This document shows positions 40,001-49,452 of a DNA stretch of 64,000 nucleotides, in pieces. Every line of letters begins with the position of its first letter. Within the stretch, counting starts at the first letter, position 1. Made by a program: the position numbers and the translations under genes. The notes under the pieces were generated by a model. The model searched no databases. It was not told the origin of the DNA and saw only the letters and a program-made list of their open reading frames with translations. This DNA comes from Gammaproteobacteria bacterium (GTDB lineage: Bacteria > Pseudomonadota > Gammaproteobacteria > Ga0077536), in the NCBI GenBank assembly GCA_963662545.2, contig CAXXLL010000002.1, forward strand, positions 2,016,001 through 2,080,000, written 5' to 3'.

Positions 40001-40111
40001 CCGGTGAGTGCCCGGCCACGGATGGCCGGGCCGGCGTAAAACGAAGGCGCTGAGTTACCGCCATGGACGGCAATCACGGAGTGAATGATCAATTGCCCGC
40101 GCGTACGGGCA

Positions 40112-40972
40112 TCAGATGAGATCGGTATCGTTGGGTTCGTCAATCACTTCGTTTTCGATGTGTCCGATGTTTTCTATTTCGACTTTGACTGAGTCGCCCA
40201 CTTGCAGGTATCTGCGGGGCTTGAAACCGATGCCAACGCCGCTTGGCGTGCCAGTAAGGATCAAATCGCCCGGTTCCAGGGTAAAGGCCTGGGTCAGGGT
40301 TTCGACCTGTTCGAAACAATCGTACACGAGCTGGCTGGTAGAGGAATCCTGACGCAGTTCGCCATTGATCCAGGTCTTGAGGGCCAGGTCATGCGGATCG
40401 CCGAATTCATCGCCCGTCACTAGCCATGGACCAAATGGACAGTGCGTATCAAAGGATTTGCCGAGGGTGAAGGTCTGTGCGCGCATCTGCCAGTCCCGCA
40501 CGCTGACGTCGTTGCACACCACATAACCCGCAATGACTTCGTGCGCTCGATCGCGCGGCACGTGACGGCAGGTCCGCCCAATGATGAATCCCAGCTCACC
40601 CTCGTAGTCGAGCTTGTCCGACACTCGAGGCAGGTGAATCGGCGCGTAAGGTCCGTTCGCCGCAGTCGACTGCTTGTTGAAGAACATGGGGAAGTCAGGC
40701 GTATCCAGCCCTGTTTCCGCAATGTGGTCCTTGTAATTCAGTCCGATCGCCAGGATCTTGGGCGGACGCAGCACTGGCGCACACAGGGTGACCTTGGTGA
40801 TTGCGAATTCCTCGCCAGCGGCAGTGGCGGCGAGCTTCATGGCGTCGCTGCCCGCCGCGAACAGGACGCTCATCTCGATCGGCAGACCCGAATCAATGAG
40901 GTCGATGATGACCTCGCCCTCGACCCGTCCGACCCGCGGAATGCCGTTTTCGATAAACGTAGCGAGCTTCAT
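40112..40972 (-). CDS. Fumarylacetoacetate hydrolase family protein
   Basis: IGLNY.DH, DYEGEL, NDVS.RD, GKSFDT, TGTP.GVG. Confidence 0.94.
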   Translation of the reverse strand: MKLATFIENGIPRVGRVEGEVIIDLIDSGLPIEMSVLFAAGSDAMKLAATAAGEEFAITKVTLCAPVLRPPKILAIGLNYKDHIAETGLDTPDFPMFFNKQSTAANGPYAPIHLPRVSDKLDYEGELGFIIGRTCRHVPRDRAHEVIAGYVVCNDVSVRDWQMRAQTFTLGKSFDTHCPFGPWLVTGDEFGDPHDLALKTWINGELRQDSSTSQLVYDCFEQVETLTQAFTLEPGDLILTGTPSGVGIGFKPRRYLQVGDSVKVEIENIGHIENEVIDEPNDTDLI

Positions 40973-41002
40973 CCACCGGTACTCCGAGTGCGCGCCTTGG
41001 GC

Positions 41003-43170
41003 TCAACGATAGTGCAGAATCTTGTACTCATCGATCCGCATTTCTCTGGCCGGCGGCACGACCACCGTGGTCATCGGATCACGGATGATCACAGGACCCT
41101 CGACGATGTTGCCGGGCGCGAGTTCACTCATTTCATAGACGTCGAATTCGATCCAGGCGTCTTTATGGTAGACCTCGCGCCGACCCACGAAAGCTGTTTT
41201 CGACGGCGTCTCATCACGGAGTTCGTACCGCCGTAACTGCGGTTGCGGCTTCGGCGCGATAGCCTCCAAGTTGACCTCTGTTAATGAGTAGCCCGCTTCG
41301 GTGAATTTGGAGCCTTCCGGATAAATATTCGAATACATGGTCTCGAACGCGTCGATCATCCGCCCGATGTCCTCCGAGCTTTCCATGCGTCCGGAATCCA
41401 GCGCCGTATCGAAGCTTTCGATCTGCCCTATGTAGCGGGCAGAGATACCATAGCGGAACGTAATGCGATCGGGATCCACGCCTTCGGCGGCCATTTCCGC
41501 GCGCGCCTCGCGTTCGAGTTCACGCCAGGCCGAGTGGATTTCGCCGGCGGTCGCATCGAGGTCCTCGGTCGTGGCGCCGGGTGGGATCAGAACACGCAGA
41601 CCGCGATCGTAGCGGTGCATGTATTCGGCACACGCGGCGCCGAAGGCAGAAAATCCCGCAGCCCAGGGCAGGGTGATGATGTCCTTGAACTCAATGCCTT
41701 CTGCAAAACCGTGCATGTGCACCGGTCCCGCGCCGCCGTAATACAGCATCGTAAAGTCGTGTGTATCGTAGCCCTTGGACGCGATCATGGTGCGTAGCAG
41801 GTCGTTCATCTCGGCGTTGATGATATCCAATACGCCAGCGCCCGCCGTGTAGACGTCCAGCCCCAGTGGTTCGGCGACCGTTTGTTCAAGGGCCTTGAGC
41901 GCGGCGTCGCGATCGAGCTTGACCTGCCCGCCAAGAAAGTAATCGGGATCGACGTAGCCGAGTGCCACGTTGATGTCGGTCACGGTCAGGCGATCGTGTT
42001 TGAAACAGATACCAACCGCGGCGCCGGCGCTGTCGGGGCCGACATGCAGACGTTTGTATTCGTCGACCCGGACGACCGAGCCGGCGCCGTTGCCGGCCGA
42101 ATCGAGTTCCACCATGGGCAGCGCGAGGCGATGCCCCGCAATGTCCGCGCTCTTGGTGATGCCGATACGGCCGTCGATCAACAAGCCCACGTCGAAACTG
42201 GTACCGCCCATGTCCGCCGTCACGATATTGGCGATGCCCATTTGTTTGGCCACGAACTGAGCGCCGATAAGCCCGCCGATCGGGCCCGAGATCAACGTTT
42301 CGTAAAGCCTCGGATAATCCATGTTGACCGCTCCTCCGTAGGACAGAAGCGTCAGCAAGCGACCGTCAAAGCCGAGTTTCTTCGCCTGATTCTCGACGTC
42401 GAGCAGCGATTCGCGTACTTGCTCGGCGGCAAAGCACTGGAACAGCAGGCTCTTCATACGGTTATTCTCTTTGGATACGGGTGCGACATCTGCCGAGCAC
42501 ACGACGGGCAGCTTAAGGCCGCGCTCGGCTACGATTTTCTCGACCAGCGCTTTCGCCTGGTGCTCGTGCACGGGATCGACGAAAGAGAAGAGGAAGAGAA
42601 TTCCGATGACCTCGCAGCCATTGTCGAGCAGCTTGTGGGCGCCCTCGCGCACCTGGCCTTCATGGACCGGGATGAGGGTATGGCCGGGCGGCAGGTGAAT
42701 GTCTCCCTGGTAGCAGCCGCCGCCTAGACGTTCACTGACGCTGACCACGTTCCCGCGCTCGACCAAGGGCCGCGTATGGCGGTGTAGTTGCTGGTGAAGC
42801 GCTTCGGCCTGGCTCTGGCCGAGGTAGGTCAGACCGCCTTCCATCACGGTGATGTCCTCAAATCCGCGGGTGACCATCAGGCCGACCTTGCGGCCCTCGC
42901 CGGTCAGTAGCGTATTGAGCATCCCCGTGCCGCAGTAGATGTCGGCCACGCACTGGCGGTGCACGTCGCTCGATTCGACCCCGATGGAGTGCGCCGCGTC
43001 GTCGACGGCGTCACGATAGCTGCGGGCCTGGTCATCGCGGCGGCTGATCGATTTGCCGATGGTGAACGTGCCGTCCGGTTTGACCAGGATGGCGTCGGTC
43101 ATGGTTCCGCCGGCGTCGAGCGCGAGAATGAACTGCGCTCTCCACCCGCGGAGGCGGCGGTCGTACTCAT
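41003..43170 (-). pseudogene. Hydantoinase A/acetone carboxylase beta-subunit (AcxA-like), apparent frameshift near 5' end
   Basis: DAGGTMTD, SGPIGG, DMGGTSFD. The RBS-associated ATG at 43170 lies 68 nt (out of frame) from the main ORF, and the DAGGT motif sits upstream of the track's start at 43102. Confidence 0.75.
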
Positions 43171-43219
43171 GGTTTGTTCCCCGTGCTTACAGGCGGGCGT
43201 GAATCGCGTCTAGCAGAAA

Positions 43220-43783
43220 TTAAGCCCAGCCCGACGTGACTTTGCTCGACCGATCCTCGTACCAATCGTCAGCTTCGTCTGCTAGCGGCCTACCCAGGTA
43301 ATCGCGGTAAAACTTGTCGAGATCGGGCAACATTTCAAAGACGATAGGATAACCCGGCGCGACGACCTCGACAGCGTGCTGCGTCGCGCAGGATGGGCAG
43401 AAGAATTCGCGGACTTCCTGCCAGCCCGGCTCGGGCACGGCGGGCGCAGGAGCGAAAACCTGAGACATTTCGGCCGAGGTCTTGCGCGTGCGGATCCTGC
43501 ATCTGAGCTTCCAATTCTCACGGTAATCGCCGAAATCGTTGCCGCATTCACATTGGACGACACGATCGCCGTTGGCGTTCAACACCACGTATAGCTTGTC
43601 GCCCAATCGCAGCAGGATTTTGTCTTGCCAGGGAACGCGCTCCTGTAAGACCTCGATATAGTTGAAAAAACGATCCTTGTCCTTACGGGGCAACTTGAGC
43701 AGGCGTTCAGCGTTGTCGTCGTCAATGGTGCCGTCGACGAGTTGACGGATCAGGTCCTTACTGACCGCGGGGACATCCGTCAT
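43220..43783 (-). CDS. Acetone carboxylase gamma-subunit-like protein (AcxC-like)
   Basis: KDKDRF..Y..VLQ.RV.W.D.I, CECG..FGDYR.NWK, EFFCPSC, P.YP.....PD.D.FY. Confidence 0.88.
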   Translation of the reverse strand: MTDVPAVSKDLIRQLVDGTIDDDNAERLLKLPRKDKDRFFNYIEVLQERVPWQDKILLRLGDKLYVVLNANGDRVVQCECGNDFGDYRENWKLRCRIRTRKTSAEMSQVFAPAPAVPEPGWQEVREFFCPSCATQHAVEVVAPGYPIVFEMLPDLDKFYRDYLGRPLADEADDWYEDRSSKVTSGWA

Positions 43784-43786
43784 CGC

Positions 43787-46027
43787 TCAATCCTCCCCGA
43801 AATTGAAGTCGACAGGCATTTGCCAGAATCCCATAAATTCGTTTTTGAATTTGTCGAAACTCAAGCTCTGCTGGTACATTTCGGACACCTCAGGCAGGAA
43901 GGATTTTGCTTCAACCTGCTTGCGTTCGGACCGCCACCACTGCTCGACGTCGATCGACTCATCGAGGCGGGCCTGGCGCAGATCGGCGCGCTTGCGTTCG
44001 GTCGCCGCAGCACCCAAGGTCCAGCCACCGTCTGCGGCCTGCACGGCGACGACGCCATGCATCTCGGATACGAATTCGTAATCGGGACAGACACCGGTGT
44101 TGAGGTCGTCGATCACCAGGGCCGGATCGCGGTCCAGGGGATCACCCCACCCACCGCCGGTGCCCGCCGCATCGACGAAGAGGTCGTTGTTGTTGAGCGC
44201 AAGCTCGGGGCAGTCCGTCTTCCAGATCTCGAGGTTCTCGACAACCAAGCGCTTCTCCTCGATCATCTCGAGCAGTTCATTCGCATCGCGCGGGGTCTCG
44301 CCGTCTTCGATGAGTTCGTCCAGATTCGTGCCGCGCGCGGAGATCATGAAACTGGCGGGACCGGGATAGGCGCCGCTCATGCCGAGCCCGACGGAAGGCG
44401 TGCATGACAAGCCGCCGTTGGGACGGGTCAAGGCCAGGTGCTTACCGGGCTCGACACACCAGTGCACGGCAGAGTTGCCGGGTCCGCCGCGATACTTGCC
44501 GTAACCGAAGTACCCCGGTAGGAGTTTCCGTCCGAGATAGAACAAGGGCGGTACCGTGCTCTCGAATTCCTCGGCGTCGCCGATGGTCGCGATCTGTGAC
44601 CAGGCCGCCCAAACTAGGGGTTCACCGTCTTTATAGCACCACGCGCCGCGGCCGGTCCCGCCCAGCCACTCGAAGTTGGTAAAACCGTAATTCGTGCCGT
44701 CCGCGGTCGTTCCCTGGCCCTGAAACGCGCCCCAATTGCCGTCGATGGTGAAGGCTTCTTCGAGGTAGCCGCGCGAGAACATCGCCCGGCTGACCGAGCC
44801 GAAGCCGATGCTGTTCAAAGCGACGGTTTGCGCCCAGAGATTGGCGTTGCTCGTAAATTCGTTGTCCGGATTGTAGATGCTGCCCTTGGGGTAATGGCGC
44901 TGAATGGCAAGGTCGATGCCGGCCGTGACCTTGGTGTTGTGGGCGAAGGAATTGATCATGCCGAGGAACACCGCGCAGTCAGTGCCGCCCGGCGTCGCGT
45001 TATAGGAGTGATAGCCCCATTTGGAGCTCCCTTCGGTGTCCAGCAACAATCCGTTCTCGTTAGGCTCGACGCTGCCGCGCACGTGGATCAAGGTGTTCTT
45101 GTCGGCATGCGACCAGACGTGCTGCAGGCCCTTGTACTTGACCAGGCGGAAGGCGCAGCCGTTATAGGTACCGGGCACCATGGTGGAACGGATATTGTCG
45201 ACCACCATGCGGCGGCTTTCCTCGATGACTTCGCGGATCGCGCGCTTGTAATAATCAATGCCGAACTCTTCGATGAGCTTGTGCGCGGCTTCGTGAATCA
45301 TGGCGCAGCCGGCCAGGCGCATCTTGTCGTCCAGGATGTTCATCGTCGCGGCCCGCGTCCGTCGCTCCCAAATCGCCTTCCACCACGACTCCTGCTTGAG
45401 CTTGCGTCCGGTGCGCATGGGCGGGCAGACCAGCCCGTCCATGAAGGTGTCGACCGAAAACGTCGCCCAGCTACCGGCCACGGGCGCGCCGTTCTCCATC
45501 AGGTGATTGATGCCGATGGCCCAGGCGACGACTTCGCCGTCGATGCACACGGGCACGAATGAGTAGAAATCCCCCGGATGAGGAACGCCGCCGGTCAGAC
45601 CGTCGCTAACTGCGTACACGTCGCCGTCGTCGATGCCGTCGTTGACGTCATAGTCGTTATTCGCCATGTAGCGAATGGCGACTGGGAAGATCACGGTATG
45701 CGAAAGAAAGCCGAGCGATACGGCCAGGGTGTCGCCTTCGGGTGTGGCAATGCCCCACAGGCATTCGCCCATTTCCCGCGACCCCGGGCTCGCGGCCACG
45801 TAACGAGCGCTCTCGCGCGCGGCCAGCACCGCGGCGTGCAGCTTGGCATAGAAGCGCTCGTATCGAATGGGATCGGAATCGCGCAGGGTCAGCTCTTCCA
45901 CGCCGCAGTAGTGCCCAGTCTCCTGCGTGAGCCGGTCGCGCTCGGCGATCATTTCCTTCAGGGTCGGATGCTGCCTAACGGGGCTGGGGACATCTAGCCT
46001 TTCACGTTCGCTCAAAGCTTCAGCCAT
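43787..46027 (-). CDS. Hydantoinase B/acetone carboxylase alpha-subunit-like protein (AcxB-like)
   Basis: ETGHYCG...L.L..SDPI.YE, GE, HPGD, NH, GYGKYRGG, GGGWGDPLDRDP; start set at MAEALS. Confidence 0.87.
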   Translation of the reverse strand: MAEALSERERLDVPSPVRQHPTLKEMIAERDRLTQETGHYCGVEELTLRDSDPIRYERFYAKLHAAVLAARESARYVAASPGSREMGECLWGIATPEGDTLAVSLGFLSHTVIFPVAIRYMANNDYDVNDGIDDGDVYAVSDGLTGGVPHPGDFYSFVPVCIDGEVVAWAIGINHLMENGAPVAGSWATFSVDTFMDGLVCPPMRTGRKLKQESWWKAIWERRTRAATMNILDDKMRLAGCAMIHEAAHKLIEEFGIDYYKRAIREVIEESRRMVVDNIRSTMVPGTYNGCAFRLVKYKGLQHVWSHADKNTLIHVRGSVEPNENGLLLDTEGSSKWGYHSYNATPGGTDCAVFLGMINSFAHNTKVTAGIDLAIQRHYPKGSIYNPDNEFTSNANLWAQTVALNSIGFGSVSRAMFSRGYLEEAFTIDGNWGAFQGQGTTADGTNYGFTNFEWLGGTGRGAWCYKDGEPLVWAAWSQIATIGDAEEFESTVPPLFYLGRKLLPGYFGYGKYRGGPGNSAVHWCVEPGKHLALTRPNGGLSCTPSVGLGMSGAYPGPASFMISARGTNLDELIEDGETPRDANELLEMIEEKRLVVENLEIWKTDCPELALNNNDLFVDAAGTGGGWGDPLDRDPALVIDDLNTGVCPDYEFVSEMHGVVAVQAADGGWTLGAAATERKRADLRQARLDESIDVEQWWRSERKQVEAKSFLPEVSEMYQQSLSFDKFKNEFMGFWQMPVDFNFGED

Positions 46028-46118
46028 GGGGACTTCTCCTGGGTGCTCAGATGGCGGTGCGCGATGTGAAAAGTTGTCGATTCTTGCACAACGACGAGTA
46101 TAGCGCGACGCAGCCTGG

Positions 46119-46147
46119 TTGCCGCTGCCAGGCGCCATTCATACAAT
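46119..46147 (+). promoter_or_regulatory. Putative sigma70 promoter
   Basis: TTGCCG-17 nt-TACAAT upstream of the LLM gene at 46191. Confidence 0.5.
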
Positions 46148-46190
46148 CCATTGGCTTTCGCGGCCACCCGGACCCGCAGGGAACGCATCG

Positions 46191-47213
46191 ATGAAAATTG
46201 CCTTCATGCCCGATACCCATTTCGGCGAATATGACCAAGCGGTTCCGCCGACGCCGGCCGCAGTGGCCGATGCCATGGAACATTGCATCGCCGAGGCCGA
46301 GTTGGCCGAAACCGTCGGTTTCGACGGCCTATGGGTGCCCGAGCGGCATCAACGCCCGGAGACATGGTGGCCCAACACGGTGACCTTGCTTGCCGCGCTC
46401 GCCGCGCGCACGACGAAGGTGACGCTTGCCTGTACGGTCATCCAACCGACCTTTCACCACCCGATCCACCTCGCCGAGGCGCTGGCGGCGGTCGATAACT
46501 TGAGCCGTGGGCGCTTGGTGTTCGGCGCAGGCGTCGGTTACCACCCCGATTACTTCCGCTGCTTCGGCGTGCCCTTCGAGCAACGCGGCAAGCGCTTCGA
46601 AGAGACCATGGACTGCATCGTCGGCGCCTGGACCGAAGAAGAATTCGACTATGAGGGCGAGTTCTTTCGCTACGAAGGCGTCAGAATGATGCCCAAACCG
46701 TATCAGAATCCGCGGCCGCCCATCTGGATCGGCGCCTTCGCGCCAAAGCCGATGGAGCGGGCCTTGAACTATGAGGGCTGGTGTCTGTGGTTTCCGCCCC
46801 ATGTCGACGAACTGGCCGTAGCAGTAAAGGGCATGCGCGAAAAAGCCGCGGCCCGCGGCAAGCAAGACTTCCAGATCACCCTCGGCTTCGAAGGCTGGCT
46901 CAGCGACGAGGCCGACGTTCGCGAGAAGCATGGTCACCGCTGGGTGCGCGAATTGAGCTTTTATGCCGAGAAGGGCTTGTCACCCGACACCGAGGCCAAG
47001 GACCTGCTGGAACCCTTGGAAAACACGTTTCTGTGCCTGGGCAATAAGCAGAAATGGGTCGACCGCATGGGCGAGATGAAAGACAAGGTCAATCCCGACT
47101 GGTTGTGTATCCGCACCCGCAACCCGGTCAATCCAGGTAAATACTATCCGCCCCGGACCGAGTGCCTGGAGGTGATAGAGCGGTTCGGGGAGATTTTGGG
47201 AGAGATTCGGTGA
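46191..47213 (+). CDS. LLM-class flavin-dependent oxidoreductase
   Basis: AE..GFDGLWVPERH, HPIHLAE..A.VD.LS.GR, PKPYQ.PRPPIWIG. Confidence 0.9.
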   Translation: MKIAFMPDTHFGEYDQAVPPTPAAVADAMEHCIAEAELAETVGFDGLWVPERHQRPETWWPNTVTLLAALAARTTKVTLACTVIQPTFHHPIHLAEALAAVDNLSRGRLVFGAGVGYHPDYFRCFGVPFEQRGKRFEETMDCIVGAWTEEEFDYEGEFFRYEGVRMMPKPYQNPRPPIWIGAFAPKPMERALNYEGWCLWFPPHVDELAVAVKGMREKAAARGKQDFQITLGFEGWLSDEADVREKHGHRWVRELSFYAEKGLSPDTEAKDLLEPLENTFLCLGNKQKWVDRMGEMKDKVNPDWLCIRTRNPVNPGKYYPPRTECLEVIERFGEILGEIR

Positions 47214-47253
47214 CTTTGTACGCCTTTTTGTTCCTGACGCCGCGTTTGTCTAA

Positions 47254-47378
47254 GGGGACAGAAAGGAATTCTGTCCCCGGTGGCTTCGGTTCGGCACCGT
47301 GGCATCGACTATACGGCGTACGGTCAGCGGCAGGCGCATCGATCATTCGGCGTGGGGAGAGAATTCCTTTCTGTCCCC
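47254..47378. repeat. Inverted doublet of 25-bp palindromic units (REPIN-like)
   Basis: GGGGACAGAAAGGAATTCTGTCCCC (47254-78) and its reverse complement with 1 mismatch (47354-78). Confidence 0.88.
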
Positions 47379-47411
47379 GTTCTTGGCACGACGTTTAGGG
47401 GGAGCACATTA

Positions 47412-48452
47412 ATGAAGCTAGGACTAGTTTTCGGATACTCAGGCGCCCAGATAAAACTGCCCATGGATTTGATCCTCGAAGCAGAATCACTCGGCTTCGA
47501 TTCCGTGTGGAGCGCGGAAGCCTGGGGCTCTGATGCGGTGACGCCGGTTGCCTGGGTACTGGCCCAAACCACGAAGATCAAAGCTGGCACCGCCATCATG
47601 CAGATGGCTGCGCGCACCCCGGCGATGACTGCGATGACGGCCATGACCCTGGATCAATTGTCCGGTGGGCGCTTTCTCTTGGGCATCGGTCCATCCGGGC
47701 CACAGGTGATCGAAGGTTGGTACGGCCAGCCTTACGGCAAACCGCTGAAACGGACACGCGAGTACATTTCGATCATCCGCGCCATCCTGGCGCGCGAAAA
47801 ACCCCTGGTCCACGACGGCGAGCATTATCAGATTCCGTACACGGGCGCGGGCGCTATGGGCCTCGGCAAGCCGTTAAAAAGTATTCTGCACGGCAACCCG
47901 GATCTCCCGATCTATACCGGCGCCGTAACAGAAAATGGTGTGAAGTGCGCCGCCGAGGTGGCTGACGGCTGCTTTATGGTGTGGATGAATCCCGAGCGCT
48001 TCGAACTGTTCAAACCCGCGCTCGACGCCGGTTTCGCCAAGGCCGGCAACGGCAAAAACATGTCGAGCTTCGAATTCGCGCCCTTCGTGCGCATGCGCAT
48101 GGGACCGGATATCGACCAGTGCCGCCTGGCGATCAAAAACGAACTGGCGCTCTACGTCGGCGGTATGGGTGCGCGGGAGAAGAATTTCTACAACGATTAC
48201 ACCAAGCGGCTGGGTTACGAGGAAGCCGCGGTGAAGATTCAGGATCTCTATCTTTCGGGCAGGAGAGAGGAAGCCGCCGCCGCGGTCCCGGACCAATACG
48301 TCGACGATTGTTCCCTGGTCGGGCCGCCAGAACATATCAAAGAGCAACTCACGCGCTGGCAGGAGGCGGGACGGCGCGGGGAGGTCACCACCATGGTCAT
48401 CGCCGCAAAGCAGGTGGAAGAACTCAGACTGCTGGCGGAGACTCTGTTATAG
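47412..48452 (+). CDS. LLM-class oxidoreductase, probable F420-dependent (Rv3520c-like)
   Basis: SVW.AEAWGSDA, RTPAMTAMTAMTLD.LSGGRF, SGPQVIEGWYG, LYVGGMGA..KNFYND. Confidence 0.92.
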   Translation: MKLGLVFGYSGAQIKLPMDLILEAESLGFDSVWSAEAWGSDAVTPVAWVLAQTTKIKAGTAIMQMAARTPAMTAMTAMTLDQLSGGRFLLGIGPSGPQVIEGWYGQPYGKPLKRTREYISIIRAILAREKPLVHDGEHYQIPYTGAGAMGLGKPLKSILHGNPDLPIYTGAVTENGVKCAAEVADGCFMVWMNPERFELFKPALDAGFAKAGNGKNMSSFEFAPFVRMRMGPDIDQCRLAIKNELALYVGGMGAREKNFYNDYTKRLGYEEAAVKIQDLYLSGRREEAAAAVPDQYVDDCSLVGPPEHIKEQLTRWQEAGRRGEVTTMVIAAKQVEELRLLAETLL

Positions 48453-48508
48453 AATTGCATCAGCGCGGCGATACGCGTTGTGAAAACACTTCAACGGGGA
48501 GAAACATC

Positions 48509-49369
48509 ATGCAATGGAAAGTGGGCGATACCACGATTACCAAACTCGAAGAAATCGTATATCCCGAGTTTCCCGACGTCATCCCGGCCGCAACGCCGGA
48601 CGTGGTCAAGAAAGTAGAGTGGCTGTTCCCACATTTCGTGACCGACGAAGGTATGCTTACGCTCAGCGTACACTCGATTATCGTCGACACGGGCGAGGCC
48701 AAGATCGTGGTCGACACCTGCATCGGCAATGGGCGCGATCGCGATCCGTTCGAGGTGATGCACATGCTTTCGACCTCGTACATGGAAGATATGAAAGGCG
48801 CGGGATACGAACCGGAAGCGATCGACTACGTGCTATGCACGCACCTGCACCTCGACCACGTCGGCTGGAACACGCACGAGGTCGACGGCAAATTCGTGCC
48901 GACCTTTCCCAATGCGACCTACCTCATGACCAAGGGTGACATGGAATTTTGGGGTGAGCAGGAGATCGACGACGATTTCATGAGACTGCAACGTCGGGTA
49001 TGGGACGATTCGGTGCAGCCGGTCTTGGACGCCGGACTCTCGAAATCGATCGAAGGGCCGGCTGAGGTCTGCGCAGGCGTGCGCCTCATTCCGACGCCCG
49101 GACACACCCCTGGGCATTGCTCGGTAATTATCGAATCCAAGGGCGAGACCGCAATGATCACGGGTGATTTCATTCACCACCCGATCCAGTTCAACGACCC
49201 GGGCCTGGTCAGCCCCTTCGACGTCGACAACGATACCGCGGTCGCCACCCGTCGCCGCATTTTCGGCGAGTACGCGGACTCACCGACACTCATCATCGGC
49301 ACCCATTTCGCCGGGCCGACAGCCGGTAAGCTCGTGCGCGACGGGGATACCTATCGCCTCGACGTATAG
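48509..49369 (+). CDS. Metallo-beta-lactamase-fold hydrolase (lactonase-like)
   Basis: VDTCIGN, THLHLDHVGWN, PGHTPGH, GD..HHP, HF. Confidence 0.92.
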   Translation: MQWKVGDTTITKLEEIVYPEFPDVIPAATPDVVKKVEWLFPHFVTDEGMLTLSVHSIIVDTGEAKIVVDTCIGNGRDRDPFEVMHMLSTSYMEDMKGAGYEPEAIDYVLCTHLHLDHVGWNTHEVDGKFVPTFPNATYLMTKGDMEFWGEQEIDDDFMRLQRRVWDDSVQPVLDAGLSKSIEGPAEVCAGVRLIPTPGHTPGHCSVIIESKGETAMITGDFIHHPIQFNDPGLVSPFDVDNDTAVATRRRIFGEYADSPTLIIGTHFAGPTAGKLVRDGDTYRLDV

Positions 49370-49388
49370 GCGATCGTGTGCAGCACAA

Positions 49389-49434
49389 CGGGCTCCTACG
49401 CATTCCTTGCATAGGAGCCCGCTTGCGGGCGAAC
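49389..49434. repeat. GTAG-family REP-like palindrome between convergent genes
   Basis: CGGGCTCCTAC ... ATAGGAGCCCGCTTGCGGGCGAAC, with internal GCCCGC-TT-GCGGGC stem. Confidence 0.65.
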
Positions 49435-49452
49435 CGGCCTGCGCGCCACGGT

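Noticed and set aside
46073-46092. GTTGT-N10-ACAAC possible operator between divergent genes
   Set aside because: A 5-bp arm arises readily by chance; no second instance or regulator supports it.
20080-47378. Short repeats considered as CRISPR or integron attC arrays
   Set aside because: They are inverted pairs of different sequence, not regularly spaced direct repeats; no cas or intI genes.
47981-48508. Long N-terminal extensions in the ORF track suggesting fusions (also 9154-10710, 10407-11498, 55244-56791, 21677-23095)
   Set aside because: The extensions overlap neighbouring genes in other frames; family homology begins at downstream starts.
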